Positions 1-18,811 of a stretch of 64,000 bases of DNA are shown here, in pieces; positions within the stretch are counted from its first letter, which is position 1, and each line of letters opens with the position of its first letter. A program made the translations under genes and the position numbers. The DNA is taken from positions 46,376,001 through 46,440,000 of the forward strand of contig OZ231126.1 of assembly GCA_965153355.1 (NCBI GenBank), given 5' to 3'. The notes beneath the pieces were generated by a model. The model was given only the letters and a program-made list of their open reading frames with translations. It had not been told where the DNA came from and made no database searches. The stretch comes from Flaccisagitta enflata (Eukaryota).

Positions 1-717
1 CGGGGAGAACTCATAACCAGTTTCCCACGAAGTAGCGAGAAAGTGACACCGCCAATCACCGACATCGTCGCATCTCTTTAAATAACTCGCGGCTTTCGTC
101 AGCTTCATGAAATTAAAATGCTCGTCCTGGCCGACCACAACGACTTTGACATCGTCAACCAGCGGAATAGCGAGAATGTCTGCCAACTCGTAAGAAGGCG
201 GAGTGTTATCCGCGCCATTACCAAAATGATTGATTCCATGAGTTGTGAGTTCTTCCTCCAACCCTTTGGATCCCATCAAATACACCGAGTCGTTCGGCTT
301 CTCCAAAAGCTGCTCCAACTTAAAGCGCATGACTCGATTGACGCTGAAATTTTCGTTTGGAGAGCAAACGTAACCCGTCATCCGATGAATTTTGTCGTTG
401 AGCGCTTGCGTCGAGGGAATGCTGTTATTGGAGGCGAACAAGATGGCTTTCCCTTTGTCTCTTAACTTGCCCAGTGCGTGCTGCACGCGATCAAACCTTT
501 GAGCGTGATCAACGTGCCAAATCACGCCGTCGCAATCCAAAATGAGGGTGTCGAAACGATCTAATATCTCCAGCGCGTTTCTTTTCGTGATTTCAACCGG
601 CCATGAAGATGAGTGAGAAGAAAAGTTTTTGACTAGAGTTGCGGACAATGCATGGAAGGCACATCGGAATGGCGCATTCACAAGTGTCATGTTAGGTTTT
701 GCTAAAAAAGCTGCCAT
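1..717 (-). CDS. HAD class IIA phosphatase (phosphoglycolate/pyridoxal phosphatase family), 3' end runs off the window
   Basis: Open frame from ATG 717-715 to position 1 (239 codons), absent from the ORF track. MAAFLAKPNMTLVNAPFRCAFHALSATLVKNFSS...ILDRFDTLILDCDGVIW (HAD motif I DxD)...GKAILFASNNS (motif II)...VYLMGSKGLEEEL...VKVVVVGQDEHFNFMKLTKAASYL...HFLATSWE. PGP versus PDXP orthology cannot be settled by eye. Confidence 0.88.
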   Translation of the reverse strand, partial: MAAFLAKPNMTLVNAPFRCAFHALSATLVKNFSSHSSSWPVEITKRNALEILDRFDTLILDCDGVIWHVDHAQRFDRVQHALGKLRDKGKAILFASNNSIPSTQALNDKIHRMTGYVCSPNENFSVNRVMRFKLEQLLEKPNDSVYLMGSKGLEEELTTHGINHFGNGADNTPPSYELADILAIPLVDDVKVVVVGQDEHFNFMKLTKAASYLKRCDDVGDWRCHFLATSWETGYEFSP

Positions 718-775
718 TCTAAAAAAAGTGTATTTCTGGCGAGGGGAGAAACTGGGGGTGCATGAACATTAACAA

Positions 776-855
776 CTTCATTTGAAATATATTATCCGTT
801 TGACAACGAGCTCCTATGAAAAGCCTTTCATCATCAAACATCATGCCAAATGAAG
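776..855 (-). promoter_or_regulatory. Eukaryotic SECIS element (type II) in the SPS2 3' UTR
   Basis: Minus strand: helix I CTTCATTTG/CAAATGAAG (9 bp); core ATGAT...GGAT; helix II GTTTGATGATG/CGTTGTCAAAC (11 pairs including GU); unpaired AAA; apical mini-helix GGCTTTT-CAT-AGGAGCT. Lies about 220 nt downstream of the SPS2 stop. Confidence 0.93.
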
Positions 856-1075
856 ATGAAGTTGAATCAAGCATTCTGGTGTACATCATGAACCATTATT
901 CCATTAACAATTGCAATTCCAATCTACTGACCAACCATGATCAATATAAAAAGTTTCATTTGAATTAAATCAAAAAAATTGAGACCAATAAAGTAAAATC
1001 AAACGACTAGCGGTTGGCTCATTGAACAAGAAACAGGAGCGCACAAAAACTGGAAATGTGAACGCCGAAAGTCCT

Positions 1076-4000
1076 CTACCACAACTCATCTTCCCTCTCG
1101 ACTGAAGGAACTTCCGTGATTCGCGGATTGTCAATGATTCGCGCAGTTCTTCCACCACACACAACCTCGCCAACGACCCTGATAGTGATAGACGATCAAG
1201 TTTCAGAGATCAGCAAATTATACTGTACACCGCGCATTTTCTTGATGATAAAACAGTCGCCACAATGACCCAGCTTTTCTATGAGAACCTCAAAGCTTTA
1301 AGAAATACACAAAAATCCTCACCAAGCCGGCAATCCTTCCTCCTCACAAATATCTTTCACAAAAGCATCCGCGGCTTCCTTTGGTATGCAGAGGAGCAGC
1401 CCTCCACTGGTCTCCGCAGAATATCCTTGCAGCAACCCAAATGCGATGCCACAAGTTTTGGCGACCGGAACCATTTTAGCGATGATCGGAAGATTATCAA
1501 TCACAAACTCAACTTCGTTTTTCTGAACCTGAAATTGATGTAGTAAATAAAGAGCAAAAGTCCTGTAGAACACAGGGGGAATCTGTCCATCCGTCCGTCC
1601 GTACGTCCCCCCCCTTCCCGCCTCACCCTCGGCTTCGTCTCCTTTGGGGCCCAAATCCAAACTGTATGGCCCAAATCCGAGCAAAATGGTCCAAATCCGC
1701 CCAAAATTGGCCAAATCTAGGCAAAATGGCCTGAGACCAGGTAAAATGGGCCTTAACTGGCTAAAAAACCTGAATTCTGGCCTGAGTTCTATCATCTTGG
1801 CCCCTTAAACTTAGATTCTGGCTCCAAAAACCCACATCCAAGCCTTAGAGACCCAGATCCTGACCTTTGGGACCCAGATTCTGACCTCCAAGACCTAGGT
1901 GCTAGCCTAAAAGACCTAAATCCTAGCCTCAGAGGACCAAATCCTGACCTCAGAAACTGAAATCCTTGCCTCTGAGACCAAGAATTTGGTCTCTGAGATC
2001 CAGATTCTGGCCTCAGAGACCCAGATCCTGGCCTGCTCCTGCCTCAACTTAACCTACAAACTATACAAAAATGGCAAGGGTACCATTGTCCATATTCTGC
2101 CTTTTGTCAGTTCTCCTTGATATTCAATGAAAATTTGAATAACAGGGCATCCTGGACAGAAGGAAGGCAAACAGGACGGACGGATGTACGGACGGACGGA
2201 CGGACGGACGGACGGACGGACGGACGGACGGACGGACGGACGGACGGACGGACGGACGGACAGACAGATTCCCCCTGTGTTCTACAGGACTTCGTCCCCT
2301 TCGGGGCCGCTGCCCTGCTCCCTCTCAACCTTCATCACTTCCTACTCAAGCAGGGCATGGGTAACGCTGACCACTTACTGCCTTTGGGCTGCTATTAATC
2401 TATATTCGCTCCTTTGTCCCTACACAAGGACGTCGCAACTGTCATAATTACATAGTAACATTCTGGTAGGCCAAAGCAAATGACACATACCTTGGCCATA
2501 TTCGCAGCGTGACCGAGAATCCCATAGCCGGTGACGTCAGTGGCGCAGTGAGCGCCATGCTTTTTCATCAAACGCGCGCCGACACGATTTAACCTCGACA
2601 TAGACGCGGCGGCACGTTGAAAGGCCTTGACGCAATCTTGAGGAGTAATTATGTTGGAAATACGATCCCACCATTCGTTCTTTTGATCCATCCATTGGTG
2701 GGCGTTGACGGCAATTTGTGTGCCCAGTGGCTTAGTGAGAATAAGGACGTTTCCGACGCAAGCGCCATCGGGAGAGATGAATCTGAAAATTTAAAAAGAT
2801 GGACTATCCACTAAATGAAGAATCAGAATCAAATCAGTCTATTTCTTAACATGAACAGCGGTTTTACAAGTCAAGGTCAAGAAAGACAGGTTTCACATAC
2901 ATTTACGTATTAGTGAAAACAGAAAAAGTCAGAACTTTCTATTATAACAGCCAAATCTTTGTTCAATGACAAAAAAGAAAGAAAGTTTTTATGTTTTTTT
3001 TAGGGAGACAGATTCTGGGAAAGAGAACAATGGAAAAGGAGAAGAGAGATGAACTCTTTGCCCCCTCCCTCTCGGAGTCCACTCACATCAAGACTGGTAT
3101 TTCTTCAGTCATTGAACAAAGATTGGGCTGCACAAACAGAAAATTATGACTTTATTGACCAACAATGTATGTGAAACCTCACTTTGATGTTTTTCTTCAT
3201 CTAATTAGAATCAACATACATTAAAATCAACATGCATTTGTATACAGGTTCAGATGGATTATAAAATGCTATATGTCACTTTCTAACCCACCCCACCCTA
3301 CAGCCCAAACCACTTATGGTAGAGACATGAAATTTGGTATGGAAAGTCAGTGGGGGAATACTTTTTGGGTCATCGGAGGGTTTTTTCAATTTCCGCCCCT
3401 GAGCAGAGATATGGGGGTGGGGTGGGGTAGCCCCTGAGGGTTAAAAAATTTCAAAAATTTTTTTTTTGAGATTTTGGATTTTTTCAATTGGATATGTTAT
3501 ATTAGGCTCTAATAAACATGAAAAACTAAAAATTATTATAAAATTCTTATTCTAAGTGATTTTATGAGTATTTTTGATGTTTTTGAAATACTTTGTTCTA
3601 ACCTTTAAAAGTGAATAACCCTTCAAGTTTTGAGAATAATTCAAAATTTTTTGTATATTTACCATGGTATAAACTAGATTTAACCAATTCAATTCAAAAA
3701 TTAGAAAAAATTTAAAAAAAATTTTTTTGAGATTTTTCAACCCTCAGGGGTTACCCCACCCCACCCCCATATCTCTGCTCAGGGGCGGAAATTGAAAAAA
3801 TCCTCAGATGGCCCAAAAAGTATTCCCCCACTGACTTTCCATACCAAATTTCATGTCTCTACCATAAGTGGTTTGGGCTGTAGGGTGGGGTGGGTTAGAA
3901 AGTGACATATAGCATTTTATAATCCATCCGAACCTGTACACATTTTAATCATGTTGCCACATCATGCCCAACTATGTCATAGTTTTTCACTAGGATAGCA

Positions 4001-5037
4001 AACGCTCTTGTGCAGCTCTAATGTGGCTGCAATAATGTGGAGAGGGGTAGGAAGAGAAGAGGATGATACAAAAACAGTAGCTGAAAACATGACTACCGCT
4101 GTAAAACCTGGCATTCACAGCACTTACACAGCACTTAATTCTCATACACAGTAACTTACTCATCGTTAGAGCACACGCTGCTCGCAACGCCTCCGATCAT
4201 CATCCAAGGATTGGGAGCAATTTGGCCACCCCTGACCATGGCGCCTCCTTCCTTGGCGCAGTCTCTAAATCCCTCCAGCATTTTGCCAATAACGATGTCC
4301 CGCTCTTCGTCGCTTAAGCGCGTGGGAATGCCGCATATCAGTTCCACGTTATCGCAGTCAGTCACGCCCATGGCGTAGAGGTCTGACAGGACGTTGGCGC
4401 AAGCGATTCTTCCTTGCATATATGGATCCTCGACCAGCGGATAGAAAAAGTCGGTCGTTTGGATAAGCGAAAGATTTCCGTGTCGTAGAGGAAGGATGCA
4501 ACAATCGACGCCGATGCCGATGCGTTTTCTTTCTGGCTGATCCTGTCCGGGTACCTGAGGTGAAGTTTCGTCGATAATTTTCGTGCAATCGTCGCCATCG
4601 CAGACGGAATTTGGGGCATTGGAAGATTGGTCGGGATCAGCCGTGGAGCGATCACCATTACCGTTATCTTCTTGAAGACCCTCGAGGAGTTTTCTGCGGA
4701 GAAAATAATAAGTGACACGGAGTCGCAATATCGTTGCGGACGGGTGGGCAGGGGCATCCAAACCCCAGCCTCACCCCAGCCCAGATGGTCCGACGGGTGG
4801 ACGGATGGATGGACTCAGCCTCTTGTAGAGTCGCGTGTCCGCAACTAAAAATATATTTTTTTCAGGAGCGAACCTCAAACCGTCTTGTGGTTTTTAAAGT
4901 AGCGGGTGAAATGACAAAACTCACAGGAGCAACTCCTGAGGGACCTTGCAGCCTCATCCTTTTAAGTCGGCAAGCTTTGTAAGACGAAATTCCGGATCCA
5001 AGCCGTGGGCCGACGGCGAGAAGGTACCTTGTTCCAT
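1076..5037 (-). CDS. SEPHS2: Selenophosphate synthetase 2 (selenide, water dikinase), selenoprotein, 5 coding exons
   Basis: Exons 5037-4925, 4693-4160, 2782-2491, 1528-1323, 1178-1076, all GT-AG with consistent phases (2,2,0,2). Protein [44 protein letters not shown]...RIGIGVDC...[32 protein letters not shown]...[18 protein letters not shown]...[15 protein letters not shown]...SAETSGGLL...[12 protein letters not shown]...ELW*. In-frame TGA at 4956-4954 sits at the known Sec position (GUGCK). Confidence 0.96.
2141..2395. mobile_element. DINE-1/HINE-like interspersed element, family B (SPS2 intron; a related copy lies at about 1555-2105)
   Basis: (GGAC)n tract then ATTCCCCCTGTGTTCTACAGGACTTCGTCCCCTTCGGGGCCGCTGCCC...GCAGGGCATGGGTAACGCTGACCACTTACTGCCTTTGGGCTGC. 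This core recurs at least 7 times in the window. Confidence 0.65.
3245..3936. mobile_element. MITE with long TIRs, TA target duplication (Tc1/mariner-type)
   Basis: TA|CAGGTTCAGATGGATTATAAAATGC...GCATTTTATAATCCATCCGAACCTG|TA; about 230-bp near-perfect inverted arms; inside SPS2 intron 2. Confidence 0.88.
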
Positions 5038-5292
5038 CTTTTTAGAGTCAATTTACCAGCAAGCTAAAGTCCCTGCAATTCGCAGAATTCAGGAATTGAA
5101 AAACATGTAAACAGATGACTAAATCAAGCGAACAGTTGAGTAAGCGACAAAAATCAGCTGATTGAGACTGGTTGATCGTCAACACATTTTTAAACGAATC
5201 AAGGAGAAAGAGAACGTTAAAAATTATCTTTGGAAGACGCATTTGATCAGCATCGTGGTGACAAAATGTTCAGTCATTGGCAAAACGACGTA

Positions 5293-11572
<6,280 letters not shown>

Positions 11573-12152
11573 TGTGTGACAGGTTAATCAGAATTTGAGT
11601 ATCTTTTTATTCGTTGTTATTGATCAGGGTTAGGATCAGCTGATTGGACTCGTGACTGGAAACAAGATCAATTTCAATAAAGCAATTGAAAGACTCATAA
11701 TCGGGAATTGTCGATGCGATTGCCAACAAATATGTCAGAAAGAAGAAAAACAGCTTGGGCGGTACGAACTTCAGTGGAATTATGAATACAAAGGCAAATC
11801 TGCGTAGATTTCAACATGTAACTAGTAATGCCGAAAGGAATACAAAAACGCGCTCCGAGCAGTGATGACCAAACATACACGCCTTTGAAAAATACTGATA
11901 TCCCCCCGATTCTCAATTACATACATTATACATCCCTATGCAAAACAAAGTAATATTTAACTTTCTTACAATTTACTAAAGTATTTCTTAAATTCTTGAG
12001 ACCAGTCATTGCAGAATATAACCCAGCCAAATCAAACCGATAACAATCGATGATTGCAATCCAAATAAAACACAGCTTTCTTTCCCGAGGTGCGATACGT
12101 TACATTCATGAAATCACATCGTTAAAGAGTCAAGCGACCAGCGTCAAGTTAA

Positions 12153-12761
12153 GTCGAGGTGCAAACGAAGGCAAAGTTTTGGTTTCAGACTCTTTCTATA
12201 ACTATATCATTGTCCAGATTATAATTTCCTAAATGAAATTTACAGTTTTGTTGTTTAGAATTATCTTATTTGTAAAAGAAAACCTAGTATGATAAAGGCA
12301 TAGGTTTATTTTATTGATAAAGACAAGAATTGATCACTGAAAGTAATAAATTCTATCAAAATGAAAGAGCAAAATTTATAAGCCTGTGAAGGGAAATTTC
12401 TAAGACTTGAACAAATTGAGTAATTTTGCATTTCTAAGAACATGGCCCTCATCTTATATATTCTTAGAATGAGGCCATGTTTTTGAAAATGCAAAATTTT
12501 GCATTTAGAGAGAGTCTTAGAATTTTCCCTAAGATAAGTCAAGTTGCAAAATCAATTTTTTTCAGAATTCCTTGATTTTTTCACCTCTTTTTACTTTTTC
12601 AGCACTTTCTGTTTTATCTACTAATGCTTTCCCATGCAAAATTAAAATAAATGCAACATAATAATTACATTTTTTGATGAAAAAAATTTAAATCACTAAG
12701 ATTTAAAACATTGAAAAAATTGGTTTGACTCATGAAATTTGATCTTCGTTTGCACCTCGAC
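12153..12761. mobile_element. TTAA-flanked MITE
   Basis: TTAA|GTCGAGGTGCAAACGAAG ... CTTCGTTTGCACCTCGAC|TTAA; perfect 18-bp TIR around an AT-rich interior. Confidence 0.8.
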
Positions 12762-12855
12762 TTAAGTATTTTCACCAATTCATATCGCCACTTCGTCAAA
12801 TAAGACGCAAATCTCGCGACATAAAGAAGCGCAATATCCGCAATAATGAAGCCTA

Positions 12856-15800
12856 CAGTACCGGAATCAAAGAACTGGTGATAAGGAGGGAAGCCATATC
12901 TCTCCAATTACAAGGATATGAGATCTGAAATTTTTCTGTGGTGTGCACCTATAGTACCCCCACCCCCCGTAAGGGTTTGGAGCTGTTCCGGGCATTTTTT
13001 GTTTTTGGTTGTCAAAATTTTTTTATTTCTTAAAATCACTATTGTAGGCCAAAAAATTTGTTTCAAAATTTTATTTTCATGTTACATGTAGTCAATACCC
13101 AGAGCTACAAATTTCATTTTTTGAAAAATATTTTTGGCCAATTTTTAAGGGAATGGCACTAAAAAAACCAAAATTTCAAAAAAATGAAAAATCGCTATAT
13201 TTTCTAAAATAAGTGGCTTAGCATAATAATTTTTGGCATGGAAGTAGTCCTGAGAACCCTTTATGTGTATGCAAAATTTCAACTCCCATACTTGAATTTT
13301 AAAGGAGTTATGGGATTTTGAAATTTTGATAATTTTTGGTAAAAAACATTTTTTCTTATAAAGATTTTTTTTGTGAACCATTTTTCATGAAATTTCATAG
13401 ACAAACAAAGTAATTGATATTTTTTTGCTTCCAAAAAAAATTTGGGCACTGCGACCCCTTAAAAAATTTTTTTTTTCTCAAAAATTGCTAAAATTGGCTA
13501 TTTTTCTAGGTTGAATAAAAACTGTTCCTGTTATCCGATCAACTTCATTTTTGGAGGGATTATTAACCTACATCTGCAGTAACTATGTTTCAAATTTCAA
13601 GTAAATCGGATAATTCGTTCCGGAGATATTCAAGTTCAAAGTGGAAAGGGCGAGCTAAGATTACTGTTTCTGTAGTATTTTAATGATAAGTCTTCATTGA
13701 CGGTTAGCTACAAATGTCTCAAAAAGGTAACGTTTAATCGATATGAATAAAGTCACTCCAAAATTGTTGCAAATAGATGTTGAATATGTCCCTGCAGCAT
13801 AACCAACCAAAATTTTTGGATTTCACAATCTCTAAAAAATAGGCAATTAAAACTGCGAAAAATGCTTTTTGGCATTTTTGTTACATTTTGGGTGTAATGC
13901 ATATGCTAAACGCCATCCCCATCCCCAATTTCTTGTGGCATATTAGTCCATGACAGGACAGATATCCCCCAAAAAATTTATTTATTTCGGTCACACTTTA
14001 AGCACAAAAATTTTGGTTTAAAATGGCAAAAAATGCGATTTTTTGAATTATTTAAGCTGTTTTTGGTATGTAATGCATATTCAACGATATCCCCATCCCT
14101 GAATTTTTTGTGGCATAGTAGTCCATGATGGGACAGATGTCCCCCCCAAAATTCCTTCAGCTCCATTACGCTTTAAGCACAAAAATTCTGGTTTAAAATG
14201 GCTAAAAATGCGATTTCTTGAATTATTTAAGCTGTCTTTGAAGTGTAATGCATATCAAACGCCATCCTCATCCCCAAACTTTATGTGGCATAGTAGTCCA
14301 TGATTGATAGACAGATGTCCCAGCATTCATTTCCACACAAGCTTAAGACAAAATTTTGGAGAATGAGATAAATGCGCATTTTATTTTGCTGTTTTAGTGA
14401 ATGCATATAAAACGACATCCCCATCCCCAAATTTTTTGTGCTTAAAGCGTGACGGAAATAAATATATTTTTTGGGGGACATCTGTCCTATCATGGACTAC
14501 TATTCCAGAAAAAGTTTGAGGATGGGGATGTTGTTTAATATGCATTACACCCCAAAAACAGCTTTTAAAAATTCAAAAATCGCATTTTATGCCATTTTAA
14601 ACCAAAATTTTTGTGCTTGAAGCGTGACGGAAATGAATAAATTTTTGGGGGGACATCTGTCCTATCATGGACTACTATGCCACAAAAAGTTTGGGGATTG
14701 GGATGTCGTTTAATATGCATAACACCCCAAAAAACAGCTTAAATAATTCAAAAAATCGCATTTTTTGCCATTTCAAACCAAAATTTTTGTGCTTAAAGCG
14801 TGACGGAAATGAATAAATTTTTGGGGGGACATCTGTCCTATCATGGACTACTATGCCACAAAAAATTTAGGTATGGGGATGTCGTTAAATATGCAGCATC
14901 ATGTCCCAAAAACAGCTTAAAAAATTCAAAATCTGCATTTTTTGCTATTTTAAACCAAAATTTTGGTGACAGTGCATGGAAATGAATAAATTTTTGGGGG
15001 GACATCTGTCCTATCATGGACTACTATGCCACAAAAAATTTGGATGGGGATGTCATTTAATATGTTATATCCCAAAAATGTGGTAAAAATGCCAAAAAGT
15101 TATTTTTTGCAGTTTTGTGCCTACTTTCAGAGATTGAAATTCAAAATTTGGTTGGTTATGCTGCAGGGACATATTCAACACCTATTTGCAAATAATTTTG
15201 GAGGATTTATTTATATCGATTAAACGTTACCTTTTTAAGACATTTGTAGCTAACCGTCAATGAAGACTTATCATTAAAATACTACAGAAACAGTAATTTT
15301 AGCTCGCCCTTTCCACTTTGAACTTATATATCTCCGGAACGAATTATCCGATTTACTTGAAATTTGAAACATAGTTACTGCAGATGTAGGTTGATAATCC
15401 CTCCAAAAATTATGTTGATCGGATAACAGGAACAGTTTTTATTCAACCTAGAAAAATAGCCAATTTTAGCAGTTTTTGAAAAAAAAAATTTTCTTAAGGG
15501 GTCACAGTGCCCAAATTTTTTTTGGAAGCAAAAAAACATCAATTACTTTGTTTGTCTATGAAATTTCAAGAAAAATGGTTCACAAAAAAAAATTTTATAA
15601 GAAAAAATGTTTTTTACCAAAAATTAGTAAAATTTCAAAATCCCATAACTCCTTTAAAATTCAGGTATGGGAGTTGAAATTTTGCATACACATTTAGGGT
15701 TCTCAGGACTACTTCCATGCCAAAAATTATTATGCTAAGCCAATTATTTTAGAAAATATAGCGATTTTTTATTTTTTTGAAATTTTAGTTTTTTTAGTGC

Positions 15801-16100
15801 CATTCCCTTAAAAATTGGCCAAAAATATTTTTCAAAAAATGAAATTTGTAGCTCTGGGTATTGACTACATGTAACATGAAAATAAAATTTTGAAACGAAT
15901 TTTTTGGCCTACAATAGTGATTTTAAGAAATAAAAAATTTTTGACAACCAAAAACAAAAAATGCCCGGAACAGCTCCAAACCCTTATGGGGGGTGGGGGT
16001 ACTATAGGTGCACACCACGGAAAAATTTCAGATCTCATATCCTTGTACTTGGAGAGATATGGCTTCCCTCCTTATCACCAGTTCTTTGATTCCGGTACTG
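12856..16100. mobile_element. 3.2-kb foldback element with TA TSD and internal 175-bp tandem repeats
   Basis: TA|CAGTACCGGAATCAAAGAACTGGTGATAAGGAGGG...CCCTCCTTATCACCAGTTCTTTGATTCCGGTACTG|TA. About 1-kb outer arms are near-identical inverted copies. The centre holds 3 inverted plus 4 direct copies of a ~175-bp unit, with the axis near 14430. No transposase ORF. Confidence 0.92.
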
Positions 16101-18558
16101 TACGCAAATGGCCGAGTCACTTGATGGTTTTTTTTTTTGAGGGACTGTATGAGTCAAATACAGCGGAACAAATTACACTGTGTAATGGTAACAATACCTC
16201 TTTTTCCCGATAATCTTTTTTGCACTCTTAATTTGCTTACAACTTGGAAACAAAAAAAATCATCTCTAAAAAGGGAAAACTCTTGGAGATGTGGTGATGC
16301 GGCAAAATTCAATTCAAACCGGCGAAATTCGATATTCTTGCATGGATCCTTTTCAATTCCTAAAATGATGATTACTGATTTTATTGTCTAAAGATTCTCT
16401 TTGATGGAATACTATATTTTTGCATAGATCTTTTTACCTGCAAACAGATGTATAAACAGAAAAATGATCATAAAAGGCTACAATTTATCAACAGATCTTT
16501 GATAAATTTTTATGTATTTGAGTGGGTTTCTTTTTGCTGTCAGTATTCTTTGTTTTTTTTTTCTAGTTATGAAGCTTCTTCCAGGACATTCAGAGGATTT
16601 CACAAAAAAAAAACTAGGATAAATATCACCTCGCTTGATGCTGTTTTTTCTTCTTCTCAAAACATTCTAAAGCTATGTAGGAAAAAGTTCTAATAGTTAG
16701 TCTTATAGATAGATCGCTTATACCTTCAGAATGGTAATTGCTCTTTTCCAATCCTCTTCCTCTATTTTGAAAAGGCAGTTGTCAGCAACATACCATGTTA
16801 ATGAATAACTATTATTTCACTCTCCCCTGCACCTAAGCTATGACTTTGCAGACACACACTATTCGGACCTTTCTCTCAATGCTTTGAATATCACCAAAAT
16901 CACCTTGAAATATGAAAATTTGCCATCTTAAACTTTGCTTGGTCATTTTTATTAATTAGGCCCATGTTTCACTTCGCACTGTTTGCTGTCATTAAGTATC
17001 ACTTTCACTGCTCATCCACACGCGACTACACCTACCGACTTGAAAAAAAAAAGCATTATCTTTGAAGCGGTACTGTTTCTTAACGTTCAAAGCAACAACA
17101 ACAAGATTGGTACCATTTTAATGATAGTTCTCTTTAGCATGCGACCACTGTTTAATCTCATCTATATCCCCCAACATTTATTGCTCTGTTATAGACCACT
17201 CACTCACTTTCACTGTCTCTCAGTTGACCTTTGTGTCAGGACAGCTTTACAGGAAACAAGGCCGGATACACGGCCACCAGTTGCGAACGGGTGGGCAGGG
17301 GCGGAGATGCACATTTTCACACTTTTGGACTCGATCACCTCTACGGACTGACCAACTGACCACCTGATCGACCGACCGACCGACTGACCAACCAACCAAC
17401 CAACCAACCAACCAACAAACGGACAGACAAAGCCTCTTATAGAGTTGCGTGTCCGCAACTAAAAATAGGGAAAGAGAAAAGTAAAGAACGCTGTCTCACA
17501 ATAGCACCAAATTATATGGGCAGGCAATGAACTGTTTGACACAAAGTAGAAATGACAGAAAAAACAGAAAATAACAAAAAGCAATTCAAAGCAAGTAAAA
17601 GGAAAAATAAGTACTAGAGGAATAAAAAACAAGGCCGGATACACGGCAATCCAGTCGCGGACAATTGGGCAGGAGCAGTAGTGCAAAAACCGCTCGTAAT
17701 TCAAAAATGTGACCGACGGACGGACGGACCGACCGACGGACCAAGGTGTAGAGTCGCGTGTCCGCGACTAAAAAGAGGGATAGCAAAGAAAACAGAAAAG
17801 ATGGGGAAAACAACTTTGAATGATAAGAGAGAGAGTGAAAAATAAAGGATAGATGAAACCTCATCTTTCTTGAGAGCCTTCCTTTTTTTTCCCTCCTCAT
17901 CCAGCTTTGGCCGTCTTTTTTCGGCATGTGGTGGTTCTGTGATATGTTTTTGTTTATCTATCTGCAAACAGGCCCGCGTTATCTTATTGGATAAGGAAAA
18001 TTTGAATGGGTTCATAAATCTAATTTGGCTCTTGAAAGCGGAGATTGAGTCTGAGTCGGTCTCCCATCCGATTTTCCACTTTTCAGATTTCCCTTCCCTT
18101 CTTCTTTTGGGCAGCGGGCAAATCTGCGAGGTAAACCTGGAGTGCAAGACTTGGCGGGGTTGCATAAGTAATTATGTTGATTAATTTGTTGGTCCAACTG
18201 TTTGTCCATATGTTGGTCATTTCATTTCATTTAACTTATTTTGATTTTTGTCATTATGGTTTTGTGCAATCAGTATTTGATATATAGTTGATGGTTGTAT
18301 CACTGCTCCTGATTATGTAAGCTTTGACATGGTTTTACCAGAACTACTTCCAACAGGTCTTATCCTTTTGTAAGAATGAAAATAAAAGTTTGCCAATTGG
18401 ACTTTCCATAGAACTGAACAACACTTTATTTTATTGATATTGGAATATATCGAGAACAGAAAGGGAGCGGCTTAGCACTGGATTTCTTCTCTCCATTTTT
18501 CTGTTACTTCTCTTTTACTTCTGCCGTCATTTCTCTCATTGTCTGTCCTTTTCCTTGT

Positions 18559-18635
<77 letters not shown>

Positions 18636-18741
18636 CGTCCGCCTGAAAAGTTGCTTCCTGTTTTCACAAGGCAAAGGAAATTCTGTAATATTGGGAGGTT
18701 TCATTATTTCATAGTTTTCTTCCTTTAATCCTGTGCTTCTG

Positions 18742-18811
<70 letters not shown>

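Noticed and set aside
118-465. 115-aa plus-strand ORF
   Set aside because: Antisense shadow of the HAD phosphatase on the minus strand.
4156-4761. Track ORF start [10 protein letters not shown] as the SPS N-terminus
   Set aside because: The N-terminal part comes from a family-A repeat in intron 1; the true exon begins at the acceptor at 4693.
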